Assembly: GCA_951406725.2 (NCBI GenBank)
Contig: OX597818.1
Span: 115,878,001 to 115,942,000, forward strand
DNA length: 64,000 nt
Reading direction: 5' to 3'
DNA from: Octopus vulgaris
Lineage: Eukaryota
A model generated the notes under the pieces. That model did no database searches, was not told where the DNA came from, and saw only the letters and a list, made by a program, of their open reading frames with translations. The translations under genes and the position numbers were made by a program. Of this stretch, positions 13,288 through 25,508 are shown one piece after another. Position 1 is the first letter of the stretch, and the number at the start of each line of letters is the position of its first letter.

Positions 13288-13378
13288 GCGAAAGTAAAGA
13301 ATACGCACACCAGGTGTTCAGGGTTAGGGTTTTTCTTGCGCCGAAAACAGATGGTGTACGTATTCTTTACCTCTGCCT
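13288..13378. mobile_element. Tiny MITE-like inverted repeat
   Basis: gtaaagaatacgcacacca ... tggtgtacgtattctttac arms around a GGGTTAGGGTT-containing spacer. Confidence 0.45.
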
Positions 13379-14082
13379 GGCTCTCGCAACCAAAAAGTGA
13401 ACAAATGTATTTTTCTTTGGTATAGAATTCCTCGTGTCATTTCGATCGATTCGGAAGTGAAGAATGACAGAACATATTTCGCTGTAAGTATTTTGGAAAA
13501 TGAGAACCTAATGATTTCCCCTTTAATTTGTATTTACTTTTTAAAATCACTTCATACTGAAGGATTACCAAAAGTCGATTAAACTGAATTCATTTACCAA
13601 ACACATGGACAAAATATATTTCCTCTGTTGTCTATATCTTAACTAGCTTTAATGAACAAATTTTCAACAATCGGAATATTAGAATGAAAAAGTTCATAAA
13701 AAAAAACAAAAGCGGGAATATATCCTGATTCCGTCCACATGTTACGAGATAAATACAAAACTCTTAATTAGATAGAGGAAGACGGAAGGATAATTATTAA
13801 ATAAATAAAACACCAATAGGATTTACATAACAGCACAAATTTCTCTCTGCAAGAAAATTACAGAATGTCATAAGATAATTGGAAAATAAATTCAGTAGCA
13901 TTCTTTAAATGAAGAGGAATTTTAAACGAAAACATTGAAACCGGAACCAAGTTTGAATTGTCAGTTCAGTGTTGAGTTATCTCTCTTACATTGATTAATG
14001 GCAAAGAGGGGAAACGAATCCACGAAATTCGACTACAATAGGTCTCTTTCGCATTTATTTTTCTTAAATATAAATATAATAG

Positions 14083-15405
14083 CTAAGGATCATCAGGAAT
14101 GGAAAGAGACTTAAAGTATTGCAAAGCTCTGTAAACACTATTTCCACAAATATTAAAGGTGGGATGTGTGGGTCTCACTTCGTTATCCTCTCCCCCAAGG
14201 ATGTGTAAAGCGAGTTTAGAGCCGTTATGCTGAGCGATAGACAATCCGCTCAGGCAATAACAAGTGTGATAGAAGTCCCGGGATTTCTTAGGTTTGTCAC
14301 GAAGACCGCCACGCATGTGTTGACAACAAGTTAATACATACTCCTGCAAAGCACCAGAATGAAACACCCAGGTGTCCGCAGGAAACCCAAGTTCACCTTG
14401 TTGTTGTAAAGCCGACTGCAAAAGCGCAATGGCACCACCTTGCCAAAACGAGTAACAACCATCAACCAGTTTTTCAGTGCGACCTTGAAAACCTCCTTCG
14501 AATTTCATTTGTCTGTTTGCAATCCAACGAAGCAACAATTTAGTATCACACAAATGGAGTTTGCCTAAAAGACACAAGGCAGCGAGTCCGCAAAAAGTGT
14601 AACCACCGTGGGCCTCCAAACCTGGGCGCCCGGCAAACCCACCTTCGTATGTCTGGCAACTTGCCACCCATTCTGGTGACAGGTAAAACAACTTTGAACA
14701 ACTGGAAATAATATTGCTGAGTACAGCAGCACTAGCAACGAGGTAGATTCCACGGACATCGGTTTCGCCGTTTTCATGGAGAGTAAAAGAACCATCAGGT
14801 TGTTTCATACGAAAGAAGAACGACAACAATTTCGGTCTGTCTATCACATCAAAACTGTGTTTAGTGCCTAGAATACATAAAGCGTTAACTGCAGCGTAAG
14901 TAGAAGCGAGGTGAGGCTCTTGTCCTGGTCCTCCGCCGAAACCTCCATTCGGATGTTGACAGCGATTTAAGAAATTTGCAATATTAGTCTCTAATTCCGA
15001 AGAAAGCGGTAGGGCGTCTAAGAGGTCAAGGCTGTGAAGAATCCAGTAACATATCCAAGTTCGGCTGGCATCGAGGCATTGGTAAGAGATTCCTAACTCT
15101 CGAAGACCTGCTGTCAGGAATTCAATGTGCCGTTTCCTTTTTAAAGACGGAGGAGCAGAGGAATTGGTCGGTCTGTCGATGAAGATTTCCTCAGAACCAG
15201 AATCGTCTTTGCTACTTTTTTCCATTTCGCCGAAGTATTTCGCTCGAGCAGCCAAGAACATTTTTTCAATTTCTTTCTCAACGTTTCCCTGCTCGTACGA
15301 AGTATCGGTGGGTATTCCATCGTTTTTCAGGCGGCTCGCCGCAAGGACACCGTCTTCAATATTCTCTGCATAGCGAGGAACAAGATGTTTAATTTCTGCC
15401 GCCAT
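14083..15405 (-). CDS. FNTB: Protein farnesyltransferase subunit beta, intronless, 440 aa from ATG 15405
   Basis: Prenyltransferase repeats. SRTWICYW (W102/W106 equivalents), EAHGGYTFC, FQGRTEKLVDGCYSFW (Zn ligands D297/C299), LRDKP (D352) and DFYHTCY (Y361/H362) identify FTase rather than GGTase. AATAAA at 14054-14059(-). Confidence 0.96.
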   Translation of the reverse strand: MAAEIKHLVPRYAENIEDGVLAASRLKNDGIPTDTSYEQGNVEKEIEKMFLAARAKYFGEMEKSSKDDSGSEEIFIDRPTNSSAPPSLKRKRHIEFLTAGLRELGISYQCLDASRTWICYWILHSLDLLDALPLSSELETNIANFLNRCQHPNGGFGGGPGQEPHLASTYAAVNALCILGTKHSFDVIDRPKLLSFFFRMKQPDGSFTLHENGETDVRGIYLVASAAVLSNIISSCSKLFYLSPEWVASCQTYEGGFAGRPGLEAHGGYTFCGLAALCLLGKLHLCDTKLLLRWIANRQMKFEGGFQGRTEKLVDGCYSFWQGGAIALLQSALQQQGELGFPADTWVFHSGALQEYVLTCCQHMRGGLRDKPKKSRDFYHTCYCLSGLSIAQHNGSKLALHILGGEDNEVRPTHPTFNICGNSVYRALQYFKSLSIPDDP

Positions 15406-15429
15406 GCTGTTTATCACGTGCTGCCATCA

Positions 15430-15443
15430 GCGACATCTAGCGG
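15430..15443. promoter_or_regulatory. CTCF-like motif next to FNTB start
   Basis: GCGACATCTAGCGG resembles the CTCF core GCGCC(A/C)(C/T)CTAG(C/T)GG. Confidence 0.35.
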
Positions 15444-15641
15444 AAACACTGCTTAAATAATAATTACCAGCATCAAGAGGAGTTAACTCCCGTTTATTAG
15501 GCAACCGTAGACTAAGGGAAGGGAAGCTTTTTAGTGCGAAGGGTAAAAATTTCCAAAGAATAGGGTCCGCGGGCGAATCACAAGTTCTAACTCTGTGTAA
15601 ATCTTGTATATATATATTTAGATCTATGTATAATTCGATAT

Positions 15642-15925
15642 GTGGAGGCGCAATGGCCCAGTGGTTAGGGCAGCGGACTCGCGGTTTCGATTCCCGGGCA
15701 TTGTGAATGTGTATTGAACGAAAACATCTAAAGCTCCACTAAGCTCCGGCAGGGGTTGGTGGCGATCCCTGCTATACTCTTTCGCCATAACTTTCTCTGA
15801 CTTTTTCTTCTGTTGGCCTGCTCGCTTAGCCAGCGGGGTGGCGTCATTTGAAGGTTAAAAACAATGTGAAGCGCATTGTGACCAGCGATGTGTAGCAACA
15901 TCTGATAGCCTGGTCGGTCACGGTG
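15642..15925 (+). mobile_element. tRNA-derived SINE with 12-bp TSD
   Basis: TGGCCCAGTGGTTAGGGC A box, GGTTTCGATTCCC B box. ATAATTCGATAT is duplicated at 15630-15641 and 15926-15937. Related head at ~45863. Confidence 0.75.
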
Positions 15926-17173
15926 ATAATTCGATATACATTAATAAAGATAAATATAACACATTAGATTAACGTGTAACATCTTCAGTAACGCCGCCAC
16001 TGAATTTAGGACGTTTATATTACTTATAAGGCGGCGAGCTGGCAGAACCGTTAGCACGCCGGGCGAAATACGTAGCCGAATTTCATCTGTCGTTACGTTC
16101 TGAGTTCAAATTCCGCCGAGGTCGACTTTACCTTTCATCCTTTCGGGGTCGATAAATTAAGTTACACACTGGGGTCGATGTAGTCGACTTATTCCCTTTG
16201 TCTGTCCTTGTTTGTCCCCTCTGTGTTTAGCCCCTTGTGGGTAGTAAAGAAATATATATATTACTTACGAGTAATTCTGTATTTTCAGCTAGAGTGTAGT
16301 ACATACGAATATACCAGCCCGTGGCGCAATAAAATGTAGGCTCGCGGATGTTACCCCACCCCACCCGATTTAGACAATCCCCTATTATGAAACTAAGAAC
16401 TTCCTGCGTCACTAAGCATTCGCTGATAAAACTGGCAATTAAATCATGCATTGTAATACATTTGTGGGAAGTAGGTTAGTCAAATACATTGACCTCAGTG
16501 CTTAACTGGTACTTTGTTTTGTCGACTCCGAAAGAATCATATTGGTAAAGTTGACTGCGGCGTGATTTGACCTCAGAACGTAAACAGTTAGACGAAATAC
16601 CTATTTCTTTATTACCCACAAGGGGCTAAACACAGAGGGGACAAACAAGGACAGACAGACGGGAACAAACGGATCAAGTCGATTATATCGACCCCATTGC
16701 GTAACTGGTACTTATTTAATCGACCCCGAAAGAGTGAAAGGCAAAGTCGACCTCGGCGGATTTTGAACTCAGAACGTAACGGCAGACGAAATGCCGCTTA
16801 GCATTTTATCCGAAGCGCTGACGATTCTGATACTGCGTCAGCAAAAATTAGCAAATAATAATAAAGTTGTATGATGACCGTAAGACTTTCGCCTCGGCCG
16901 AATGCACCCGCCCCAAACTATTTATCCCACAAACTTACCAGCTAAATGAAATCACTAGCTATTTAGATTATAAATAAAATTTTTACCTAACAAATACACA
17001 GAACACTAACGTATAATTTTTATGCATGTGCACATACGCAAACGTTTCTTTTATTTATACTTTCAATATCTCTTTCAACTATATTTAAGCCATTCTACTT
17101 TTTCCAGAAATAATTCAAAAACTGTAATTTCAGGGGAGATAATCTAGGTTCCCCATCAAATGCGTTGACTACT

Positions 17174-17187
17174 GCGCCACCTGACGG
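17174..17187. promoter_or_regulatory. CTCF-like motif in FNTB/KAT5 divergent promoter region
   Basis: GCGCCACCTGACGG in otherwise AT-rich DNA. Confidence 0.35.
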
Positions 17188-17385
17188 TCTGTAATAAAAC
17201 GAATTGTTTGAGTTGAATGTCTTTGGTGTTTCTACCTCTTATGAGCTTCAAGGATTTACTTTTAGGTAATAATAACAATAATAATAATGATCTGTGAGAT
17301 ATTTTTATGTCTCTGTTTACTCTATTAATCACCCCTCATGTATTGCAGCTTATATTTTTTATTATATTTGTTATATATATGTATG

Positions 17386-17420
<35 letters not shown>

Positions 17421-18696
17421 TTCTTCTCAAGTTGCATATGGAGGCCTTTAAAAAATTTGTACATTACATCTGATGAATTTATACTAAATGTACCGATTAT
17501 TTCAATTACTTTTTGGCTCTTTATTATTAATTCGTAAATTTTAAATGTACATTAATTAATTAATCAATATTTTTAGACACACAAAGTTACTTTTCTATGT
17601 CGATTTCATGCCTGAAAATTACAATGAAAATCATGGTTTTCCCCTAAAATGCATATGGTAGACTATTTGGATTATAATTTCAATAAAACCGCAAACTGCC
17701 TTTGTGATTACATGTAAACTTTAGATCAGATAATCTCTTAAATATAGAACCCAAAAATAGTTTTTTCTTTCTTTTCAAGTTAATCCGATGTCTAAACTTA
17801 TGTTACATTTAATAACAAACATTGATCTTAAGTTATATAATATTTTTTAATTATAAAGGAAAGGTGCTTTTTCGAGGAGGGCAGTTGTCGATATCAAATA
17901 AGACCGTTAAAGGAAATCGAGTATTCAATATGATCCTCTTTACCGCTGCTGTATTTATGTATGCCTACCACATAGAGGTAGTATTAAAATAATAATAATT
18001 AAAAGGAGAAAAGTATTCGCTCTTAAATATTTGTTAGTTTTTCTAATTGATCAGTAATTTATCTTAAATTTGAAATTTGTTTGGTTGTAGTTTATCATCC
18101 ATAAGTTAATGTAGTCATCGTTTTTTGTGGCCAGCAAAAAGTGCTTCCGATGTTTTTCTTGCTTTCTTTTATTAAATTCCATTTTCAGAAACTCATAAAA
18201 CAAATCTTGTCGGGTTTTTTTTTTTTAATATTTTTTTATACTGCCTACAATTCTGTTGTGTTTAGTGAGAACAGATCGGCGAAGGCAGTGGAGAGCCGGG
18301 ATAAATAAATACTTTCTACCTAATTAGCTCAGTATCGAGTTGGAATATTATCGGAATAGATTCTATCTGGAGTTGGTTTATATACGTTAGGCGATCTTTC
18401 GAAGTTTGTACGTATAATGCGGTGAACAGAGTGAAAAAAAAAAATCGCATCGCTTGAAAGTGAAAGCAAAGCACAATTTACCATCGTGTCTGTGTATCTG
18501 TGTTGTAGACGTAGCTAGGTGCGTGTATGTATGAGAATGTTCGTAAAGTTGGTTTTATTACCCTTTATTTTCTATCTGTGCAGTGTAAACATTTTATTCT
18601 TAATTTAATTAAAATATAACAAATCAATCGTATCGATTGCTGATCATTTTCCCGATTATTAACGATTATGTTTTTTGTTTCTCTTTATATTTTCAG

Positions 18697-18743
18697 TGCA
18701 GTTTGTTTTACCGTTTTATATGTACAATATCCGAAAGTTCGAC
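18697..18743 (+). other. KAT5: Candidate non-coding 5'-UTR exon of KAT5
   Basis: Strong acceptor (ttttttgtttctctttatattttcag) and donor (GAC|gtaagt) in non-repetitive DNA. The KAT5 coding exon has an unpaired acceptor at 32728. Confidence 0.45.
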
Positions 18744-19124
18744 GTAAGTTCAATTAACGACTTTTTATACTTCTTGTTTTTGTTGTTGTTTCTGTTTTTG
18801 TGAGGGATAACCATAATATATAGGCATTCGTTTCTTGACACTTTCCCTTGTTAACAATTTTGACCAAACAGAATCCAGCGGAATTTCAACGGAGTTGCTC
18901 TTTTCTTAGTGATTCTTGGTAAAATGAATTATCTTTTACTTGTTTCAGTCATTGGATTGCGGCCGTGCTGGGGCACCGCGTTCAATGATTTAGTCGAACA
19001 ACTCAACCCCTTGTACTTATTTTATATCGTTATCTTTTTGCCAAACCGCTAAGTTACGGAGGGGCGACATAAGCAAACCAACACCGGTTTCCAAGTGATG
19101 GTAGTGTGTCGCACGCACGCTTAC

Positions 19125-19312
19125 AGTACTACTTGAGAACAGTGGTCCCGGTGCGCGCACTCGCGTAATCGCGCATCTGCGCTAGCTAGTCGTGACTGGT
19201 CGATCCTACAACGACTACCTAGCAAAGTAAATAAAACACAAAAACACAACGTAAGGATCGACTAGTCATGACTAGGTAGCGCGCACCGTGACCGCTGTTC
19301 TCAAGCAGTACC
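19125..19312. mobile_element. Palindromic MULE-like MITE inserted in a family-2 SINE
   Basis: TIRs GTACTaCTTGAGAACAGtGGTCcCGGTGCGCGC and reverse complement, plus inner inverted arms. 9-bp TSD CACGCTTAC at 19116-19124 and 19313-19321. Confidence 0.75.
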
Positions 19313-20712
19313 CACGCTTACATCCGCCACCACACACACACACACACAATGGGCTTCTTTTTGTTTCTGTTCACGAAATCCATTCACAAGGCTTCGGTTG
19401 GCTTGGAGCTATAGCAGAAGACTCGGGACCATTGTATTTAAGTAGTACCAAAGACTCTAATCCAAGGTGCCTCTCAATGGGACCGAACCTGCAATCTTGT
19501 GATCACAAAACAAACTTCTTACCACACTGCCACACCTCTGCTTAAAAATATATATCTCTTCCATGGCAAGGAATCCTATCCCAATCTCTCAAGGATCGAA
19601 GTTGTCCGTAAATGTTTTTAAGTCATCTCTGAAAGATGCTGTATAAAATAACTTGCATACGATCTAAAGAAAACCAGGTTGGGTTTTGTTTTTAATTAAG
19701 ACTGCTTTTATTAACGCAGGCAGTTGAAAGGGATCCAATTAAAAAGCGACTGTCTTGATGTTTCAGCCTTTATAAAATGAAAGTAAATCAGTGAAAGCCA
19801 CGTTGTATAGTAATGCCATATTAGTCGTTCATGCATTTTTTTTTCTTTCTAGTATCGGTTGCATGAACCCATTAGTGTTGTATTGTTTTACAGCTGGATG
19901 TCCCTTCGTTAAGCTTCTTTTTTTTTACCCCATATGTCTTTGGAAGTACAAGGCGGCAAGCTGGCAGAAACGTTAGCACGCCGGGCGAAATGCGTAGCTG
20001 TATTTCATCTGCCGCTATGTTCTGAGTTCAAATTCCACCGAGGTCGACTTTGCCTTTCATCCTTTCGGGGTCGATTAAATAAGTACCAATTACGCACTGG
20101 GATCGATATAATCGACTTAATCCGTTTGTCCCCTTTGTGGGTAGTAAAGAAATAGGTATTTTGTCTGCCGTTACGTTCTGAGTTCAAATTCCGCCGAGGT
20201 CAACTTTGCCTTTCATCCTTTCGGGGTCAATAAATTAAGTACCAGTTGCGTACTGGAGTCGATCTAATCGACTGGCCCTCTCCCACAAAATTTCAGGTCA
20301 TACAATAGAAAAGGATTTGTTAGCAGGAGATATGACTTTGTTGCTTGTAGCTTTGCTATTTTCAGAGGAGCGTAAATGTAGACAAGCACATGAGCACGTG
20401 CACATACACACACACACACACATACTAGGTTTGCTTCCCATCCATGTTGCTTTTCGATTCAGTCCCACTCTGTGGCCCTTCAGGCAAGTGTCTTCTACTA
20501 TAGCCCCAGGCCACATCATCATCATCATCATCGTTTAACGTCCGCTTTCCATGTTGGTGTGTTTACATCCCTGTAACCTAGCAGTTCGGTAAAAAAAGAC
20601 TGAGAGAACAAGTACCAGGTTTACAAAGAATAACTCCTGGAGTTGATTAGTTCAACTAAAGGCGGTGCTCCAGCATGGCAGCAGTCAAATGACTGAAACA
20701 AGTAAAAAAGTA

Positions 20713-20762
<50 letters not shown>

Positions 20763-23032
20763 CACATATATATATATAAAATAGCATCTAGCATAGCAAA
20801 AGAGAGAAAGAAATCGTTCACAAAGAATAAATATGAATCACATGAAAAAGTAAATAAATGCTGGCACCATATGAAAAGCATCCAGTACACTCTGTGAATG
20901 GATGGCATTAGGAAGGGCATCCATCCATAGAAACAATTGGAATATGATACAGCCCTTGGATTCCTCAGATCTTCTCAAACCAGCCAGCCAGCCATGCTTT
21001 AATGGAACATGGGTATTAAAGGACAGTAGTGATGTCTTCATCGTCCTACATGGTTCCTTTCAAAATCTGTTCTGTTTGTGGGTAAGAGTACCCTTATCCA
21101 AACATTCTAAATACTATGTACAATGGGGTAAGTTAGAGACCTAAGTACAAGCTAAATAATTCCTTAGCCTCCTCTCTCTGTAGACTGAGTTGAAACCATC
21201 TAACCAAGATGATTTTCAGGATCAGCAAAAATAAATGGTTGTGATTGATGTATTAGCTGTAGATCCAGTTGATTTGTACTCATCATCATCGTTTAACGTC
21301 CGTTTTCCATGCTACCATGGGTTGGACAGCTCGACCAGGGTCTGGGAAGCCAGGAGGCTGCACCAGGCTCCAGTCTGATCTGGCAGTTTCTACAGCTGGA
21401 TGCCCTTCCTAACGCCAACCACTCCGTGAGTGTAGTGGGTGCTTTTTACGTGCCACCAGCACAGGTATCACAACTACAATTTCCATTTGATATTTATTTT
21501 GATGTTGATGTACTTGACTCAATAGGTCTCCTCAAGCACAACAGGTCATGTGCCACCGGCACAGAAGCCAGTCAAGGCGGTGCTGACATCGGCCACGTTC
21601 GGATGGTACTTTTTACGTGCCGCCGGCACAGGTATCGTAACTACAATTTCCATTTGATATTTGTGGTTTTATAAAAGTCTGAGAAATGAGTCTTATGTTT
21701 TGTGTTCCAGTGACGATCAATTGTTTAGTCTCCTGTTCGCTGTAATCAACCGTTAATCTTTTCCTTTCTGTTTTTTGCAGTACATTGTCCATGATGTCTT
21801 TCCTTTTTAAAGACATTAGAATCTGATTTGAGGGAGATTTGGTTGCTGCTTCTTGCAGGTCATACAACCATGTAGATGCTCCCTCGTTTGCTTTAAGATG
21901 AATTAGAAATAGCTATGCCTGCTTCTACATCCTTGTTTCAAACCTCAGCAGAGACAGCTTTGCCTTTCATCCCTTCAACATCAGCAAGTAAGTAACAGTT
22001 ATGTCCTAAGTTTACTTTATTCAGCACATTGTACTAATCCTGTATCATCATCATCACCATCATCGTTTAACATCCGTTTTCCATGCTAGCATGGGTTGGA
22101 CGGTTCAATCGGGGTCTGGGAAGTCAGGAGGCTGCACAAGGCTCCAGTCTGATCTGGCAGTGTTTCTACAGCTTGATGCCCTTCCTAACACCAACCATTC
22201 TGTGAATGTAGTGAGTGCTTTTTACATGCCACCGGCACAGGTGCCAGGGGAGGCTGGTAACGGTCACGATCGGTTGGTGCTTTTTACGTGCTACTGGCAC
22301 AGGTATCACAACTACAATTTCCATTTGATTTTTTGATGTTGATGTACTTGACACAATAGGCCTCTATTTTTATGGTGTGTAAAGTTCTGCTGAACCACCA
22401 ATTAATGTGTGTGCACATAGGCCCATAAGACTACCTTTCACATTTACACACACACACTTACACATAAGACTGTTAGTGGGGAAGGCAAATGGCACTGGTG
22501 CATTGAACTGGTGGTATTTTTGAAAAGCAAAAGACATTGAAAGTCTACTACTAGGCATAGGAGTGGCTGTATGGTAAGTAGCTCAAGGCTTGAAAGTATC
22601 TGAGAAAGACTGTTTTGGATAGGGGTATACTGACTAGGATATAGTTTATGTGAGGGCTTTGAGCCATAATTGCCATTATTAAACTAGTTTTTGCAATCTG
22701 GAAATTTGATTGAAGATTTTAATTTAGATCTTTAAAACAGGAAATTTATATCATAGAACCAGGGTTTGTATGAAAAGGGTCAAATTACACTGCTTTCATT
22801 TTTGGATAAAGGGCCAATGATGTGGATTATGGAAGAGTCAGAAAATGGGAAATATGGCATTTGTATGTTATGATTATTTTATTTATTGCAATTTGTAGAC
22901 AGTGATGTCATTGATGACAGATCTGTAAAGGGACCAGTTAAGGGGTCACTGCCTTTCTGATTGTTATGGTGACAAGGCATTGTCTAAGTTGAGGGAACAA
23001 ATATCATGTATGGTACACATACACACAAGCAA

Positions 23033-23203
23033 TGGTCAGTATATAAAGTACTCAGATTTTATTGTCTGAACTACATTGGAAGCCTGAAGTACTTTCAGGC
23101 AGATGGTGTTTGTATATATATACTTGACCTGACAGTAAAGTTCTCCAGGTACATAGTGCTCAGGTTAACTTGTGTATCTGTGTCTCCAGAGCCTGGTATA
23201 AAT
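23033..23203 (+). ncRNA. Box H/ACA snoRNA candidate, copy 1 (28S helix-69 guide, SNORA23-like)
   Basis: Branched 5' hairpin, H box ACAGTA (23132-23137), 3' hairpin with pocket CATAGT/CTCC complementary to 28S GGAG-U-A-ACUAUG, and ATA box 14 nt after the upper stem. Confidence 0.75.
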
Positions 23204-24215
23204 TCTTTAAAATAATATGTGTAGCTAGTGCTCTCTCTCTCACCCTCTCTCCCCGCCCCCTTTCCCTCCACCCCCTTTCTTTTGCTCTCTCTGGGTATAT
23301 ATATATATATATATATTTATGGTGGCACATAAAGAACACCTTTCAAGTAGCAAAGTGGCTGAGTTCCTTTCGAGTGTTGGGCCTCACGGGAGCAATGACT
23401 GAGACCTTTAGCATTATGTCGTGCTTGAGAAGAAGACCCATCAAGCCAATCAGAATTGCAGTTGTGGCAGATACCAGTGTCACGCAAATTGGTATCCATG
23501 CCAGTGGCACGTAAAAACACCCTGGTGTCATGCATATGGCACGTAAAAGCACCCATTAGACTCTTAGAGTTTTTGGCGTTGAGGAAGGACATCAAGCCAT
23601 AGAAAGCGATGCCAAATCAGACTTGAGGATGGTGCAGCTTACCAGCTTACCGGTCAAACCATCCAACCCATGCCAGCATGGACAATGGATGTTAAATGAT
23701 GATGATGATGACATGTGCGCACACACACACACACAGAGGAACTGGTGTGGTTGTTCACGAGAAGTTTGCTTCCTATTCACATGGTCTCAACTTCTGTTCC
23801 ACTGCATGACCCCTTAGGGAAAATGTCTTCTACTATAGCCCCTGACTATGATCTAGTTTATGTGAGGGGTTTGAACCCTAATTTCTACAATGCTAGTAAC
23901 TTAACTGCCATTATTAAACTAGTTTTTGCAACCTGGAATTTTGATTGAAGATTTTAATTTAGATCTTTAAAACAGGAAATTTATATTAATGTGGATTAAA
24001 GAAGAGTCAGAAAATGGGGAAATATGGCATTTGTATGTTCTGATTATTTTCTTTATTGCGCTTGTATACAGTGATGTCATTGATGACAGATCTGTAAATG
24101 GACCAGTTAAGCTGTCACTGCCTTTCTGATTGTTATGGTGACAAGGCATTGCGTAAGTTCAGGGAACAAATATCATGTATGGTACATACACACACACACA
24201 TTCCTACACAAGTAA

Positions 24216-24386
24216 TGGTCAGTATATAAAGTACTCAGATTTTATTGTCTGAAATACATTGGAAGCCTGAAGTACTTTCAGGCAGATAGTGTTTGTATAT
24301 ATATACTTGACCTGACAGTAAAGTTCTCCAGGTACATAGTGCTCAGGTTAACTTATGTATCTGTGTCTCCAGAGCCTGGTATAAAG
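24216..24386 (+). ncRNA. Box H/ACA snoRNA candidate, copy 2
   Basis: 171 nt. Boxes and pocket identical to copy 1. Confidence 0.72.
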
Positions 24387-24469
24387 TCTTTAAAATAATA
24401 TGTGTAGCTAGTGCTTTCTCTCTCTCTCTCTCCTCTCCCTCTCTCTCTCTCTGGGTATATATATATATA

Positions 24470-25178
24470 AGAGACCAAAGTGTATGTATGCTGCTATATG
24501 TATATAAAAAAGAATACAAAAAAGGGACAAGAAAATCATCCAGACATATGATACGAAAAAAGGACAAGAAAAACAAGGACGGGTCATTTGGAGTTTTCTT
24601 TCGTCAGTCGAGTTCCAGATTATCTTTGCAGATGTGGCTGGTTATACTCGGGACTGCTCTAATCTGACCAGCCCGAAAGGAAATCTAAGCTAAGAGCACT
24701 AGATTCCTTGGAAGAAAGCAGTGAATGTATATGAAAACAAGGATGGGGGAAAAAAAAACCAGAGAAATGGTACACAAATACAAGTGCAAAGAACAGGACA
24801 TTAACAACAGGTGTCTTTCGACTAAGGACAAATTAAAACATAAGAGATGACAGGCATGGGAAGGAATATAGATATTGCACGGGTGGTAGTCAAACCAAGA
24901 AAGAAAGGTCAGGTTTGACTGAACACTGGTCACATGGAAGGAGAGGAGAGAGGTAGGGGCAGATGGAGAGAAGAATTAGGGAGTGACAAGAAAAAAAAAA
25001 AAGGGACAGAGTAAAGCGAAAGAGGAGGGAAGGTGAAAATGAAGAGACGGCTAGAAAATTTGAGAGAGGGGGAACGAAAGAACAAAGTAAGTGTGAAGGG
25101 GCTGATAGAAAGAATGAAAGGAGCAGTCCCAAGTATAACCAGCCAAAACTGCAAAGATAATCTGGAACTCGACTGAGT
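24470..25178. mobile_element. Penelope-like remnant with ~55-bp inverted repeat (module D, second copy ~26892-27540)
   Basis: tcagtcgagttccagattatctttgcag..ggctggttatact.gggactgctc at ~24605 is inverted at ~25120-25178. Confidence 0.5.
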
Positions 25179-25337
25179 TCTTTATTGCAACTTGTAGACA
25201 GTGATGTCATTGATGACAGGTCTGTAAAGGGACCAGTTAATAGGTCACTGCCTTTCTGATTTTTATGGCAACAAGATATTGTCTAAGTTGAGGGAACAAA
25301 TATCATGTATGGTACACACACACATGCACACAAGTAA

Positions 25338-25508
25338 TGGTCAGTATATAAAGTACTCAGATTTTATTGTCTGAACTACATTGGAAGCCTGAAGTACTTT
25401 CAGGCAGATGGTGTTTGTATATATATACTTGACCTGACAGTAAAGTTCTCCAGGTACATAGTGCTCAGATTAACTTGTGTATCTGTGTCTCCAGAGCCTG
25501 GTATAAAT
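25338..25508 (+). ncRNA. Box H/ACA snoRNA candidate, copy 3
   Basis: 171 nt. A G>A change converts a G-U pair to A-U in the 3' upper stem. Confidence 0.72.

Noticed and set aside
15642-15705. tRNA-like sequences (also ~45863, ~61690, ~2645)
   Set aside because: No complete cloverleaf. They continue into SINE bodies, one with a TSD.
22900-22965. Possible C/D snoRNA (TGATGA...CTGA) in module B
   Set aside because: Short box spacing, boxes mutated in copies 5 and 6, no recognisable antisense target.
23120-23135. ATACTTGACCTGACAG resembles the U1 snRNA 5' end
   Set aside because: No U1 stem-loops or Sm site follow. It is the 3' arm of the hairpin plus the H box.
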